DNA of 64,000 nt from an uncultured Candidatus Saccharibacteria bacterium (lineage in GTDB: Bacteria > Patescibacteriota > Doudnabacteria > UBA920). Position numbers and translations under genes: made by a program. Positions within the stretch are counted from its first letter, which is position 1; each line of letters opens with the position of its first letter. Where the stretch lies: NCBI GenBank assembly GCA_964436545.1, contig CAYTCJ010000001.1:78392-142391 (forward strand), in the 5' to 3' direction. Positions 26,571 to 36,041 of the stretch are shown piece by piece. The notes under the pieces are model-generated. The model was not told the DNA's origin. It saw only the letters and a program-made list of their open reading frames with translations, and did no database searches.

Positions 26571-27542
26571 TTGACCAAAATTGACAAAAATTATCAGCAC
26601 ACACCAGTTTTATTAAATGAGGTGTTGGAGTATTTAAACCCCAAGCCGGGACAAAATTTTGTAGATGCAACTTTAGGCGGAGGCGGATATAGTTTGGCCA
26701 TTTTGGATAAAATATTACCGAATGGCAAACTTCTCGCAATTGATTTGGATAAAGATGCGATTAAAAATTTTCAATTTACAATTTCCAATTTTCAAATAAA
26801 AAATCAGGCATTAATCACACTGCATCACGGGAACTTTAAAGATATAGATGAAATTTTAAAGAGTGAGAATTTTCCTAAACCTGACGGGATTGTGGCGGAT
26901 ATTGGGTTATCTTCTTACCAGTTAGACCAAGCCGGCAGAGGGATTAGTTTTCAGAAACAGGAAGAATTAGATATGCGGTTTAACTCCCACACTCCGGGGT
27001 TAACTGCCAAAGAGATTTTAAATAATTATTCGGAAACCGACTTAAGAAAAATTTTTGAAGATTATGGAGAAGAAAAGTTTAGCAGACAAATTGCCCGAAA
27101 GGTGTATGAGTTAAGAGGTAAGGGTCAAGCATTAAATACCACGGCGCAATTGTATCAATTGATTCAAGAAGCTTTGCCCAAACCCTATAAACACAAAGCC
27201 GACAGTAGCGCCAGGCGGATTTTCCAAGCTTTAAGGATAGCGGTAAATGGAGAATTGGAAAATTTGGCGGTTTTTTTACCCCAAGCGTTTAAGGCTTTAA
27301 CACCTGGGGGCAGGTTGGCAATTGTGAGTTTTCACTCTTTGGAAGACCGAATAGTTAAACAGTTTTTTGCCGGGTTGGCTAAAGGCTGTGTGTGTCCGCC
27401 CGAGTTTCCGGTATGCGTGTGCCACCAAAAGCCGGCAGGTAAAATTTTAACCAAACAGCCCATAGTGGCGGGCGATGCCGAAATCTTGCAGAATTCTCGC
27501 AGTCAATCGGCCAAATTAAGAGTAGTGGAAAAACTTATTTAA
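26571..27542 (+). CDS. rsmH: 16S rRNA (cytosine1402-N4)-methyltransferase RsmH
   Basis: HTPVLLNEVLEYL, DATLGGGGYS, VSFHSLEDRIVK. Confidence 0.9.
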   Translation: MTKIDKNYQHTPVLLNEVLEYLNPKPGQNFVDATLGGGGYSLAILDKILPNGKLLAIDLDKDAIKNFQFTISNFQIKNQALITLHHGNFKDIDEILKSENFPKPDGIVADIGLSSYQLDQAGRGISFQKQEELDMRFNSHTPGLTAKEILNNYSETDLRKIFEDYGEEKFSRQIARKVYELRGKGQALNTTAQLYQLIQEALPKPYKHKADSSARRIFQALRIAVNGELENLAVFLPQAFKALTPGGRLAIVSFHSLEDRIVKQFFAGLAKGCVCPPEFPVCVCHQKPAGKILTKQPIVAGDAEILQNSRSQSAKLRVVEKLI

Positions 27543-27579
27543 AAAATAAAAACATAAAATCAAAAATTAATTATCCTCT

Positions 27580-27936
27580 ATGTTAAAAGAATTCGCTTTA
27601 CCTTCCAGTTTGGTCCAATCTAAAAATTTTCACGGTTTTAAACTTGAGACTCGTTTGGCTCCGGCTAAAATAATTGCCGGAGTGTTAATTGCTCTCAATG
27701 CAGTGCTCTTAATTTCTTACATTGTGGGGGTGAATTTACGAGCTTCCAGCGGGTATGAAATAAAAAGTTTGCAAACGCAAATTAATAATTTAAACCAAGC
27801 TAACAAAAAATTGAATTTAGAAATTGCGGAAAAAAGCTCGGTGGCAAATTTGGAAATGGAACTCTCTAACCGCGGGTTTGTGCCGGTAAAAACCGCAATT
27901 TTCTTAGAAGCCACTCATGGCTACACCATGCGATAA
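27580..27936 (+). CDS. Cell-division protein FtsL-like (single TM plus coiled coil)
   Basis: 118 aa with one TM then a coiled coil (LQTQINNLNQANKKLNLEIAEK); conserved dcw position between rsmH and ftsI. Confidence 0.5.
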   Translation: MLKEFALPSSLVQSKNFHGFKLETRLAPAKIIAGVLIALNAVLLISYIVGVNLRASSGYEIKSLQTQINNLNQANKKLNLEIAEKSSVANLEMELSNRGFVPVKTAIFLEATHGYTMR

Positions 27937-27938
27937 TT

Positions 27939-29672
27939 ATGGGCAGAACGTTTAGTAAACCTCCGGATAATTTTTTTAAAAGAACAGCCTTGGTGTCTGT
28001 TTTTTTCTTATTGGCGTTTGTGGTAATTGCCGGCCGATTGTTTTTTTTACAGGTGGTAAATGGGAAAGCCGCCCGCTTGTTGGCGGAAGATCAGCACAGT
28101 ATTTTTACCAAACTGTTAGCCACTCGCGGGGAAATTAAAATTACCGATAAATTTTCTCAAGGTCCCATAATTGTTGCCACCAATATTAAAAAACCTTTGG
28201 TGTATGCGGTGCCGGGCGCCATTGTTAACCCCGAGGCCACGGCTATAAAACTGAGCGGGATTTTAAAAATGGATGAAAAGGAAATTTTAGCCAAGTTTGC
28301 CGATGTTAAACGCAAGTATGTGCCCATTAAAAAACAGTTAACCGAAGCGCAAGCGCGCGCCATTAAAGACTTAAAATTGAGTGGAATTAATTTTGATACC
28401 GAAGATATTCGCGTGTATCCGGAAAACAGCTTGTTGTCCCAGACTTTGGGTTTTGTGGGTTATAAAGAGCAAACAAAAGAAGGCTTGTATGGTTTGGAAA
28501 AATATTTTGAAACCGAGTTAGCCGGGAAAAACGGGCAAATTTTTCAGGAGGCGGGCGCAAAGGGAGCGTGGGTGTTTGGTGCAGCGCGGGAATTAACTCC
28601 ACCGGTAGACGGCATGAACTTAATTTTAAGCATAGACAAATCCATTCAGTTTAAAGCGGAAACTGTGCTTAAAACAGCGGTTAAGAAACACGGGGCCGAT
28701 GCCGGCAGTGTAATTGTGGCTGACCCCAAAACCGGACAAATTTTAGCTCTGGCCGGATACCCGGATTTTAACCCCAATGAATACAACAAAGAAGAAAACC
28801 CTAAAACCTATTTAAACCAAACGGTAACCGGCGTGTATGAGCCGGGGAGTGTGTTTAAGCCTTTAACTATGGCGTTCGCCATAAACGAAAACAAAATTAC
28901 TCCGAGCACCACTTATGTAGATACCGGCAAAGTGGAAATTGACGGGTACGAAATCAAAAATTCCGATTTAAAAGCTCATGGCAAACAAACCATGACCGAA
29001 GCTTTGGAAAAATCTTTAAATACCGGATTAATTTTTGCCAAAGAACAAATTGGCAACCAAAAATTTTACGAATACGTGCAAAAATTTGGTTTTGGCAAAC
29101 CCACGAACATTGAACTCTCGGAACAAAAAGGCAACTTGGATAATTTAAAAGCCAACATTAAAGTAAATTTTCATACCGCCAGTTTTGGGCAGGGGATTTC
29201 GGTAACCCCCATTCAACTCATTCAGGCTTATACGGCCATTACCAATGGCGGAAAAATGTTAAAGCCCACGTTATTAAAAGCCAAAATTTGGCCCGATGGT
29301 AAAACCGAAGTGGTTAACCCAAAAGTTATTGGCGAGGTAATTAATGAGAAAACCGCCAATATGGTTTCTGCTATGATGGTCAACGTGGTGGAAAACGGGC
29401 ATGGTAAACGCGCCGGAGTTAAGGGCTACTACATTGCGGGAAAAACCGGCACAGCGCAAGTGTCCAAAAAAGACGGCAAAGGTTACGAAGCCGATTTAAC
29501 CATTGGTTCGTTTATTGGGTTTGGGCCGGTGGAAGACCCCAAATTTTTAATGTTAGTGAGAATTGACCACCCCAAAGATGTCACTTTTGCGGAAAGCACA
29601 GCAGCGCCGGTGTTTGGCGAAATTGCCGAGTTTATTTTGCATTATTTAAACATCCCACCCACTCGGCCTTAG
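27939..29672 (+). CDS. ftsI: Peptidoglycan D,D-transpeptidase (class B PBP, FtsI/PBP2-like)
   Basis: N-terminal TM; SVFKP (SxxK), SLN (SxN) and KTGTA (KTG) motifs. Confidence 0.85.
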   Translation: MGRTFSKPPDNFFKRTALVSVFFLLAFVVIAGRLFFLQVVNGKAARLLAEDQHSIFTKLLATRGEIKITDKFSQGPIIVATNIKKPLVYAVPGAIVNPEATAIKLSGILKMDEKEILAKFADVKRKYVPIKKQLTEAQARAIKDLKLSGINFDTEDIRVYPENSLLSQTLGFVGYKEQTKEGLYGLEKYFETELAGKNGQIFQEAGAKGAWVFGAARELTPPVDGMNLILSIDKSIQFKAETVLKTAVKKHGADAGSVIVADPKTGQILALAGYPDFNPNEYNKEENPKTYLNQTVTGVYEPGSVFKPLTMAFAINENKITPSTTYVDTGKVEIDGYEIKNSDLKAHGKQTMTEALEKSLNTGLIFAKEQIGNQKFYEYVQKFGFGKPTNIELSEQKGNLDNLKANIKVNFHTASFGQGISVTPIQLIQAYTAITNGGKMLKPTLLKAKIWPDGKTEVVNPKVIGEVINEKTANMVSAMMVNVVENGHGKRAGVKGYYIAGKTGTAQVSKKDGKGYEADLTIGSFIGFGPVEDPKFLMLVRIDHPKDVTFAESTAAPVFGEIAEFILHYLNIPPTRP

Positions 29673-29727
29673 CTAGGTTTATTAGCCTTGCGAGATTAGT
29701 AAAAATTCGGTAAGATAGGTAAATTAT

Positions 29728-30732
29728 ATGTCCAAAATTATGTCTAAAACTCAAGTGAATGTAGAACTGCACAGTCATTTAGGGAGCGCGGTGCATCCGT
29801 CTATTTTATGGTCCATTGCACACAGGCAAGGCATAAAACTGCCCACTAAAAATTATTGGGAGTTTGAAGACATGATCACCATGTCCGGCACAGAGAAAAA
29901 TAAAAATTTAGTAGAAATGGATAGACGGTTTTTTCACTGGACCGAACTAATTCAATCTTCGCCTGAAGCCATAGAAGAATCGGTCAAGTCTACCATTGGC
30001 GGAGGCTACCGCAAATGTAATATTGTAGTACACGAACTCCGGTTTAACCCCATGAAGCGTAACCGAGGCGGAGAGCGGGATTTGGACCACATAATTATGT
30101 CCGCAGTGTGGGGTATGGATAAAGCGGTGCTGGAATATCCTCAAGTAAAAGCGGGCATTATTTTAATGATGGATAGGACTTTAGATTTCGCGCAAAACGA
30201 AATTATTATTAAAAAAGCCATTAAGTATAAAGCTAAAGGCATTATTGGTGTAGATTTAGCTGGACCAAACCGCAAAACTTTTAGCATGCAAAAACATGCG
30301 GAGTTGTTTGCTTTGGCGAGACGTGCGGGTTTGGGGATTACAGTGCATACCGGAGAAGAAGCGCAATTGGCGGAAATGCGGTATGTGGTAAAAGCAATTA
30401 AGCCCGACCGAATCGGCCACGGGATTCAGTGTCATAAAGATAAAGCGCTTATGGCCGAAGTGGTGAAAAATAACATCACGTTGGAAATTTGTCCGACTTC
30501 TAATTTAAGAAACAGCGTGATTAAAGACAGTAATCAAATGAAAACCGCGCTCAAGACTTTACTGACGAACAAGGTAAAATTTACCATCAATACCGATGGT
30601 CCGGAAATGTATAAATCCAATATTTTAGACGAGCAAGAGTTTTTGCTCCAACAGAAAATTTTAAGCCCACAGGAACTTGCCCAAACCATTGCTTGGGCCA
30701 AGGAAGCGAGTTTTGTTAAACAGGAGCACTAA
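29728..30732 (+). CDS. Adenosine/adenine deaminase family amidohydrolase
   Basis: VELHSHLGS metal-binding start, HTGEE and FTINTDGP motifs of the A_deaminase family. Confidence 0.6.
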   Translation: MSKIMSKTQVNVELHSHLGSAVHPSILWSIAHRQGIKLPTKNYWEFEDMITMSGTEKNKNLVEMDRRFFHWTELIQSSPEAIEESVKSTIGGGYRKCNIVVHELRFNPMKRNRGGERDLDHIIMSAVWGMDKAVLEYPQVKAGIILMMDRTLDFAQNEIIIKKAIKYKAKGIIGVDLAGPNRKTFSMQKHAELFALARRAGLGITVHTGEEAQLAEMRYVVKAIKPDRIGHGIQCHKDKALMAEVVKNNITLEICPTSNLRNSVIKDSNQMKTALKTLLTNKVKFTINTDGPEMYKSNILDEQEFLLQQKILSPQELAQTIAWAKEASFVKQEH

Positions 30733-31624
30733 CTGCGGTTAAATTTTTTGCCGGTTTGGTTAGTAAGTAAATCCCCAAACAAATGGGGAATAAAGATAAA
30801 ATTTGCCAGTAAGTTGGAGATTGGTTTAAAATCAAGTAAGAAAAAATTAGTGTAAAAAAGGGCGTAATGCTGTTTAAGGCCGTGGCTTTGGTAATGCTTA
30901 ACCTGTGGATGCCTTCTATCCATAACATTTTGGTAAGGCCAAAGTGCAGTATGCCATTAAACAACAGCAAAAAAATAACCGGTTTTACGGAGGAATTGGC
31001 CACAGACTCAAATTGGTTTACCAAGAGAAGTAAAAAAGGTAAAGCTAAAACGGTGCGTAAGAATAAAATTATTTCGCTGGAGGCGATTTTTCTTAATTTT
31101 TGCTGGTAAAAATTGCCCACCGGCGCACACATGGTTGCCAATAGAATAAAACTATCTCCCAAGTTAATGGTTAAATTTTTGGGAAATAAAATAATTAGCG
31201 CACCCACCAGCATAGCCATGGCGCCATATAAATGCGTCCGCGATAAAAATTGTTTTTTCCAAAGGTTAAGAAAAATATAACTGAATAAAATTTCCAATAA
31301 CACGATAATGCTGGCATTGCCCGGGGTGGTATGTTTGAGTCCCAAATAATAAAGCGCATAGTAACCAAAGCCAATAAAAAGGGTAACGTAAAGACTTTCC
31401 ACCCACACTTGTTTTTGCCACACTTGATGCCATCGGTGTCTAAAACTAATTAGTCCGGCGAAAAAACCGGCAGAAATTATATAGGTAAGCACCAAAGAGA
31501 AAAAAGTGGGTAAACTGTTAAAAGTAATGGTGGCAAAAATGGGGAAAAAGCTGGCAATTACACTTTTGCTCATAATTGCCAGTTCGCCTTTATGGTTTTC
31601 CGAAGTAAAAGGGTGTTTAAACAT
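30716..31624 (-). CDS. EamA/DMT-superfamily transporter
   Basis: About 10 TM helices in two repeated halves. Confidence 0.5.
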   Translation of the reverse strand: MFKHPFTSENHKGELAIMSKSVIASFFPIFATITFNSLPTFFSLVLTYIISAGFFAGLISFRHRWHQVWQKQVWVESLYVTLFIGFGYYALYYLGLKHTTPGNASIIVLLEILFSYIFLNLWKKQFLSRTHLYGAMAMLVGALIILFPKNLTINLGDSFILLATMCAPVGNFYQQKLRKIASSEIILFLRTVLALPFLLLLVNQFESVANSSVKPVIFLLLFNGILHFGLTKMLWIEGIHRLSITKATALNSITPFFTLIFSYLILNQSPTYWQILSLFPICLGIYLLTKPAKNLTAVSAPV

Positions 31625-31730
31625 TATTAAATTATAGCATATCTAACTCTTTTCTTTTTTTGGGTTTTATTTTATAATATGTTAGTATTTGTTTAGGATT
31701 TGAGGTTTTAGAGTTTAAATTTTTGGATTT

Positions 31731-31815
31731 TGGGGGTGTCGCTCCGACCGTCGCTTTAAGCTATGGCGGACAGGCAAGTGGTAAGGCATCCCGATGGAAT
31801 CGGGACATACCGTAC
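31731..31815 (+). pseudogene. Degenerate tRNA-like fragment (5' part resembles the downstream tRNA-Gln, with a 31-nt insertion; no T-arm or acceptor 3' strand)
   Basis: TGGGGGTGTCGC...GCAAGTGGTAAGGCA aligns to tRNA-Gln; anticodon-like stem TCCCG/CGGGA; no TTCGAAT T-loop. Confidence 0.4.
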
Positions 31816-31865
31816 TGGAGTTTATTTAATCAGCATGATCTTTAATATATTTTTTTAAAAATGAT

Positions 31866-31940
31866 TGGGGTGTCGCCAAGTGGTAAGGCAGCGCCCTTTG
31901 GAGGCGCCATCCGTAGGTTCGAATCCTACCACCCCAGCCA
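31866..31940 (+). tRNA. tRNA-Gln (anticodon UUG)
   Basis: Manual fold: acceptor UGGGGUG/CACCCCA (U1:A72), D-stem GCC/GGC, anticodon stem GCGCC/GGCGC, loop CUUUGGA, T-loop TTCGAAT, encoded CCA. Confidence 0.85.
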
Positions 31941-32161
31941 TTTTTAAAAAAATAGATGTTTACAATCTATTTTAAAAGCTTGTAGTCACTTTTTGTTTTG
32001 GAATAATTTCAATATCAAAATTTATAATTTTAAAAAGCGGAGCATTTATTACAAGGCTTCGAATTTTTATTTGAAAATTTTTATTAGTAGATTACATGGC
32101 GGAGTAATTTGTTATATGGCAATTTGGAATAATCCATAATGGAATACTATCATATAAGTAT

Positions 32162-32383
32162 ATGCCGAGAGCAATTTATCAAGATGAGCATAAAAATATC
32201 GTTGAGCGTTTGAAAAAAGCGCGTTTTGAAGCCGGTATGGGGCAAATTGAAGTAGCAAAAAAACTTGGAAGAACTCAGTCTTATATTTCTAAAATTGAAT
32301 CAGGTCAAAGACGATTTGATATTTTGCAACTCAAAGAGTTTGCAAAACTTTATAAAAAAACCCTAGATTACTTTGTAAAATAA
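32162..32383 (+). CDS. HTH XRE-family transcriptional regulator; candidate restriction-modification controller (C) protein
   Basis: 73-aa Cro/C1-type HTH (QIEVAKKLGRTQSYISKIESGQ); stop overlaps the start of the next gene (TAATATG). Confidence 0.65.
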   Translation: MPRAIYQDEHKNIVERLKKARFEAGMGQIEVAKKLGRTQSYISKIESGQRRFDILQLKEFAKLYKKTLDYFVK

Positions 32384-32384
32384 T

Positions 32385-32957
32385 ATGCAAATTTTAGAAC
32401 ATAAAGCAAAAGTGTTTGGTTTGGAATGTAAGCTTGAGCTTTTGCATTTTGATAAAAATGATAGTAAGGAATGGAAGAGGATTTTTGACATTTGGAAAGA
32501 GCTTAAATTAGGGTTAAGAAAATATAAGTCTAGAGAACCTAATATGCCAGAAGGATTATCAGAAGTAGCTTTTTGTCTTTGGTCTGGCTCGGCTCGGTAC
32601 GTAAAACTTAAAGGCTCTAAAAAAGGAATTGCAGGCTCATTTGATACATTTGATTTAAAAAATAATAAAGCTCAACAGATAAAGGCTTGTAGTATTGAGT
32701 TTGATTTAACTTCGTTTGGACCAAAATCAAAATGGGATGATTTATATTTTATAGATTTTTATAATGACGGAAAAGTAGACGGTAAGTTTGATGTATATTT
32801 AATCTCAAATAAATACATTAAGAATCAATCACTCAACAAAAATGAGTTTTTTACCGATCAACAGAAACAAAAGAGAAGACCGCGTTTTGGAATTAAAAAA
32901 GAGATTATTCAAAAATATAGAATTAAGCCTTTGGCAACAAAAGTAAAAGTTTGGTAA
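32385..32957 (+). CDS. Putative type II restriction endonuclease (no family recognised by eye)
   Basis: 190 aa, translationally coupled to the C-protein gene; stop abuts the stop of the convergent C5-methyltransferase gene. Confidence 0.4.
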   Translation: MQILEHKAKVFGLECKLELLHFDKNDSKEWKRIFDIWKELKLGLRKYKSREPNMPEGLSEVAFCLWSGSARYVKLKGSKKGIAGSFDTFDLKNNKAQQIKACSIEFDLTSFGPKSKWDDLYFIDFYNDGKVDGKFDVYLISNKYIKNQSLNKNEFFTDQQKQKRRPRFGIKKEIIQKYRIKPLATKVKVW

Positions 32958-34535
32958 TTAATCCAGTGCTTTCATTATTTGTTTTGCCAAAGCTTCGATG
33001 ACTGGAACACTCACAGAATTTCCTGCTTGTTTATATAAGGCAGAATCTGAAATTTTTGGCAGAACATAATCTTTCGGAAAACCTTGAATTCTAAAACATT
33101 CCAAAGGGGTTAATTTTCGAATCCCTTTTTTATCAATAATTATTGGAACATTATGTCCGCCCATTCCCATATTTGCAGTTAATGTTGGGCAAACACCACT
33201 TTTGTTTTCTCTTACATACTGCCTGCGCCATTGGTAGACTTTACCTTCCTCTTTTACATAATTTTTTAGCTTTTCAAATAATGGTTTGTTATTATAATAA
33301 TATTTTACTGGGACATCTTTCTCTAGTAAATCAGTAATTTTAGTATTTAATCTAACTGGACTAGGAAATTCAAATTTGTCTGAATAAATCTTATTTTTAA
33401 AACCTACAATATATATCCTTTCTCGATTTTGAGGGATATTTCCATATTCCATAGTGTTTAAAACCTTAATTTTTATATAGTAGCCTAAGCTTTGTAATGT
33501 CTCCCCAATAATTTTAAATGTTTTGCCTCCGTCATGACTCTTTAAGTTTTTTACATTTTCCAAAAGAAAACCTGCTGGTTTTCTAGCTTCTAAAATTCTT
33601 GCAATATCAAAAAATAAGTTCCCTCTTCCTTTTTCATCATTAAATCCTTGCCTATAACCTGCAATAGAAAAAGCCTGACAAGGAAAACCACCTAACAGAA
33701 AATCAAATTTTGGTAAATCATCAATTCCAATTTTTCTGATATCTTCAATAACTAGTTTTGTATCTTTAAAATTTAGATCATAAGTATCCTTGCATTGTGG
33801 TTCAAAATCATTTGCGAAAACAGTTTTAAATCCGGCATTTTCAAAACCGAGTCTAATTCCTCCCACTCCAGCAAATAAATCAATTGTTTTAAAATCAAAA
33901 TTGGTTTTTTTCGTTTCTATTTCCCCTGATGTATTATTTGGATTACTAATGACTTGAATGACAACGCCTCTGACTTCAACATCAGCTCGAAATAATGTAG
34001 GCATGTTTGGATTTCTTGGTTCTAAATTAAAGCCCTTTCCTTTTCTGTAAAGTTTTTTTAGTGTAGCTTGATTATCGTCGATAATAGCAACAACTGTTTG
34101 GCCATTTTCAGCCACTGATTGATGTTTAATTATTACAACATCACCATCAAAAATTCCATCGTTAATCATAGAATTTCCTACGACTCGGAGTGCGTAATAA
34201 CCCTCCGATGTTTTTATTTGGGGGTTAATTACCGATATGGATCCATTGCGTTCTTCAATTGCCGGTAGGGGATAGCCCGCTCTAATATTGCCAATTATTG
34301 GGATTTCAATTATTGATTTTATTTGTTTTTTTAGTGTTAAACTTCTTGCAGAATTTTGGGATTTGGCAAGATAACCTTTAATTTTTAACGAATTAATATG
34401 TTCGTGGATAGTGGAAACTGCTTTAAGTCTTAATTTTTTTCGTATTTCTTCAATTGTTGGCGAAATACCGTTTTCAGCGATGTAGGTATTTATAAAATCA
34501 AAGACTTGTTTTTGTTTTTTAGTAAGGGATAGCAT
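32958..34535 (-). CDS. Fusion protein: LexA-like repressor (wHTH plus S24 autopeptidase) fused to a DNA (cytosine-5)-methyltransferase
   Basis: N-terminal 200 aa collinear with E. coli LexA (LTKKQKQVFDFI..., cleavage site AG in IRAGYP, GNSM Ser, ATLKKL Lys); C-terminal FKTIDLFAGVGG (motif I), GGFPCQAFSIAG (motif IV) and ENV (motif VI) of C5-MTases. Confidence 0.8.
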   Translation of the reverse strand: MLSLTKKQKQVFDFINTYIAENGISPTIEEIRKKLRLKAVSTIHEHINSLKIKGYLAKSQNSARSLTLKKQIKSIIEIPIIGNIRAGYPLPAIEERNGSISVINPQIKTSEGYYALRVVGNSMINDGIFDGDVVIIKHQSVAENGQTVVAIIDDNQATLKKLYRKGKGFNLEPRNPNMPTLFRADVEVRGVVIQVISNPNNTSGEIETKKTNFDFKTIDLFAGVGGIRLGFENAGFKTVFANDFEPQCKDTYDLNFKDTKLVIEDIRKIGIDDLPKFDFLLGGFPCQAFSIAGYRQGFNDEKGRGNLFFDIARILEARKPAGFLLENVKNLKSHDGGKTFKIIGETLQSLGYYIKIKVLNTMEYGNIPQNRERIYIVGFKNKIYSDKFEFPSPVRLNTKITDLLEKDVPVKYYYNNKPLFEKLKNYVKEEGKVYQWRRQYVRENKSGVCPTLTANMGMGGHNVPIIIDKKGIRKLTPLECFRIQGFPKDYVLPKISDSALYKQAGNSVSVPVIEALAKQIMKALD

Positions 34536-34714
34536 TTTAATTAAATTAGTAATTATTTAACTATATTAATAATAACCGAATAAAAGCCGAAAAGCAAAGC
34601 AAGTTGTCCACAAAGTTTTTTTAATACAGGAGAATATTGTAATAATCTAAAGAATATAATAAACTAGAAATACTTACTCAAATGGCTAAGTTGTAAATAA
34701 TTTAATATTTTCTT

Positions 34715-34987
34715 ATGAAAATTGTGGTAAAGGCTAAGACCGGGCAAAAAACAGAAGCCGTTTTGGCGCCTCCCTTAACCTTATTTAAACCTACTCCCAC
34801 CGCTTTAGAAACTTACATTGTTAAAACCAAAGCTAGGCCCATTGGCGGTAAAGCCAACGAAGCCATTGTTCAATTATTAGCCCAACATTTTAAAGTGCCC
34901 AAAACTTCCGTAGTGTTGGTGTTGGGGGCTCATGCCAAGCAGAAAGTTTTTGAAATTAATTTAGGACATTCATACCGCCACCCTTAA
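34715..34987 (+). CDS. DUF167 (YggU-like) family protein
   Basis: KAKTGQKTEAV, GGKANEAIVQLLAQHFKVPKTSVVLVLG pattern of the YggU family. Confidence 0.6.
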   Translation: MKIVVKAKTGQKTEAVLAPPLTLFKPTPTALETYIVKTKARPIGGKANEAIVQLLAQHFKVPKTSVVLVLGAHAKQKVFEINLGHSYRHP

Positions 34988-35044
34988 GACGGGCAGAATC
35001 TGAACTTTAAGACCAAATCAAGCTCTTGTCGTTCTTGATCAAAT

Positions 35045-35560
35045 ATGAATGTCCTAAGGTATGTTAATATGACTTATTTATTTTCCATTACCGCGGGTAT
35101 GTGCATAAGTTATTTGGCTTTGCATTGGGTGTTTGCGACTTTTTTTAAAAGTCGTCTGGTACCCTCTACCCAAAGTCCTTTTTCTCTAATTTCTTTAGGG
35201 ATAATTGTGCTACTTAGTTTGGCAAGTTATGCGCTGGCTGGCTGGGTTTCTAACCCGGAATTAAGCAACCGTTTATTGCATATGCTAGGCGGGGGCTTTT
35301 TAGCTATGGCAACTTGTTTTTTGGTGGTGCGCGACAGCCGGTTTATTGTTAGCCGAACCCAATTTTTACTACTGAGTTTTTTGGTAGTTATGGCTCTGGG
35401 GGTGGGGAATGAAATAGTGGAATTTGTTCTGCAAAATTATTTTTATTGGAAGTTTGCGCAAACCGTAAACGATACTTGGTTAGATTTAGTAAGTAATCTG
35501 CTGGGTGCTTTGGCCGGCGGGGTAGTGTTTACACCTTGGGTAAAAAAACAGCTACATTAA
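35045..35560 (+). CDS. Hypothetical multi-TM membrane protein
   Basis: 171 aa with about five TM helices. Confidence 0.4.
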   Translation: MNVLRYVNMTYLFSITAGMCISYLALHWVFATFFKSRLVPSTQSPFSLISLGIIVLLSLASYALAGWVSNPELSNRLLHMLGGGFLAMATCFLVVRDSRFIVSRTQFLLLSFLVVMALGVGNEIVEFVLQNYFYWKFAQTVNDTWLDLVSNLLGALAGGVVFTPWVKKQLH

Positions 35561-35574
35561 CTCCATACTCTTAA

Positions 35575-35871
35575 ATGCTAAAAATTAATTTTACCGCAAA
35601 GGTGTGGTTATATAACGGGCACAGTGCTTGGCACTTTATTAGCCTGCCCAAAACCTTGTCCGCAAAAATTAAAAAACTTTTTTTGGGTCTGGAAAGAGGT
35701 TGGGGTTCTTTGCCGGTTAAAGTCACGCTGGGGGAGAGTGTGTGGCAAACCTCCATTTTTCCGGACAAAAAAACCAACAGCTATTTATTGCCCCTGAAAG
35801 CCGGCATCCGGAAAACAGCCCACCTAAAAGTTGCAGATAAAGTAAAAGTCAGCTTGGAAATTTTAGTGTAA
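35575..35871 (+). CDS. DUF1905 family protein
   Basis: WHFISLPK..., WGSLPVKVTLGESVWQTSIFPDKK...YLLPLKAGIRK matches DUF1905. Confidence 0.6.
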   Translation: MLKINFTAKVWLYNGHSAWHFISLPKTLSAKIKKLFLGLERGWGSLPVKVTLGESVWQTSIFPDKKTNSYLLPLKAGIRKTAHLKVADKVKVSLEILV

Positions 35872-35885
35872 TTAAACTTCCTTTT

Positions 35886-35945
35886 TACCCTCCTTCCTTT
35901 GTGGTCTTATTCGCGCGAATAAGACCACAAAGGGGGAGGTTTTAA
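35886..35945. repeat. Long perfect palindrome, C-rich/G-rich flanked (terminator-like; related to the hairpin-element family)
   Basis: CCTTTGTGGTCTTATTCGCG / CGCGAATAAGACCACAAAGG 20-bp arms flanked by CCCTCC...GGGGGAGG. Confidence 0.6.
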
Positions 35946-36041
35946 GTAAAATGAGGCGGGCTGAGACACAAAATTTACAGTTTCGTTAATTTTTGTTATA
36001 TTTAAATCGCCGAATATTATTTAAATATTAGCTGAGCAACC

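Larger units (their letters stand above)
31940..34700. mobile_element. Putative integrated restriction-modification island next to tRNA-Gln (C protein, endonuclease, LexA-MTase fusion)
   Basis: Visibly lower GC than the flanks; starts at the 3' end of tRNA-Gln with a degenerate tRNA copy upstream; convergent tightly packed R and M genes. Confidence 0.5.

Noticed and set aside
31731-31815. Calling the upstream tRNA-like sequence a functional tRNA-Ser(GGA)
   Set aside because: Has a plausible anticodon stem-loop but carries a 31-nt insertion after the D-stem and lacks a T-arm and 3' acceptor strand; treated as a degenerate fragment.
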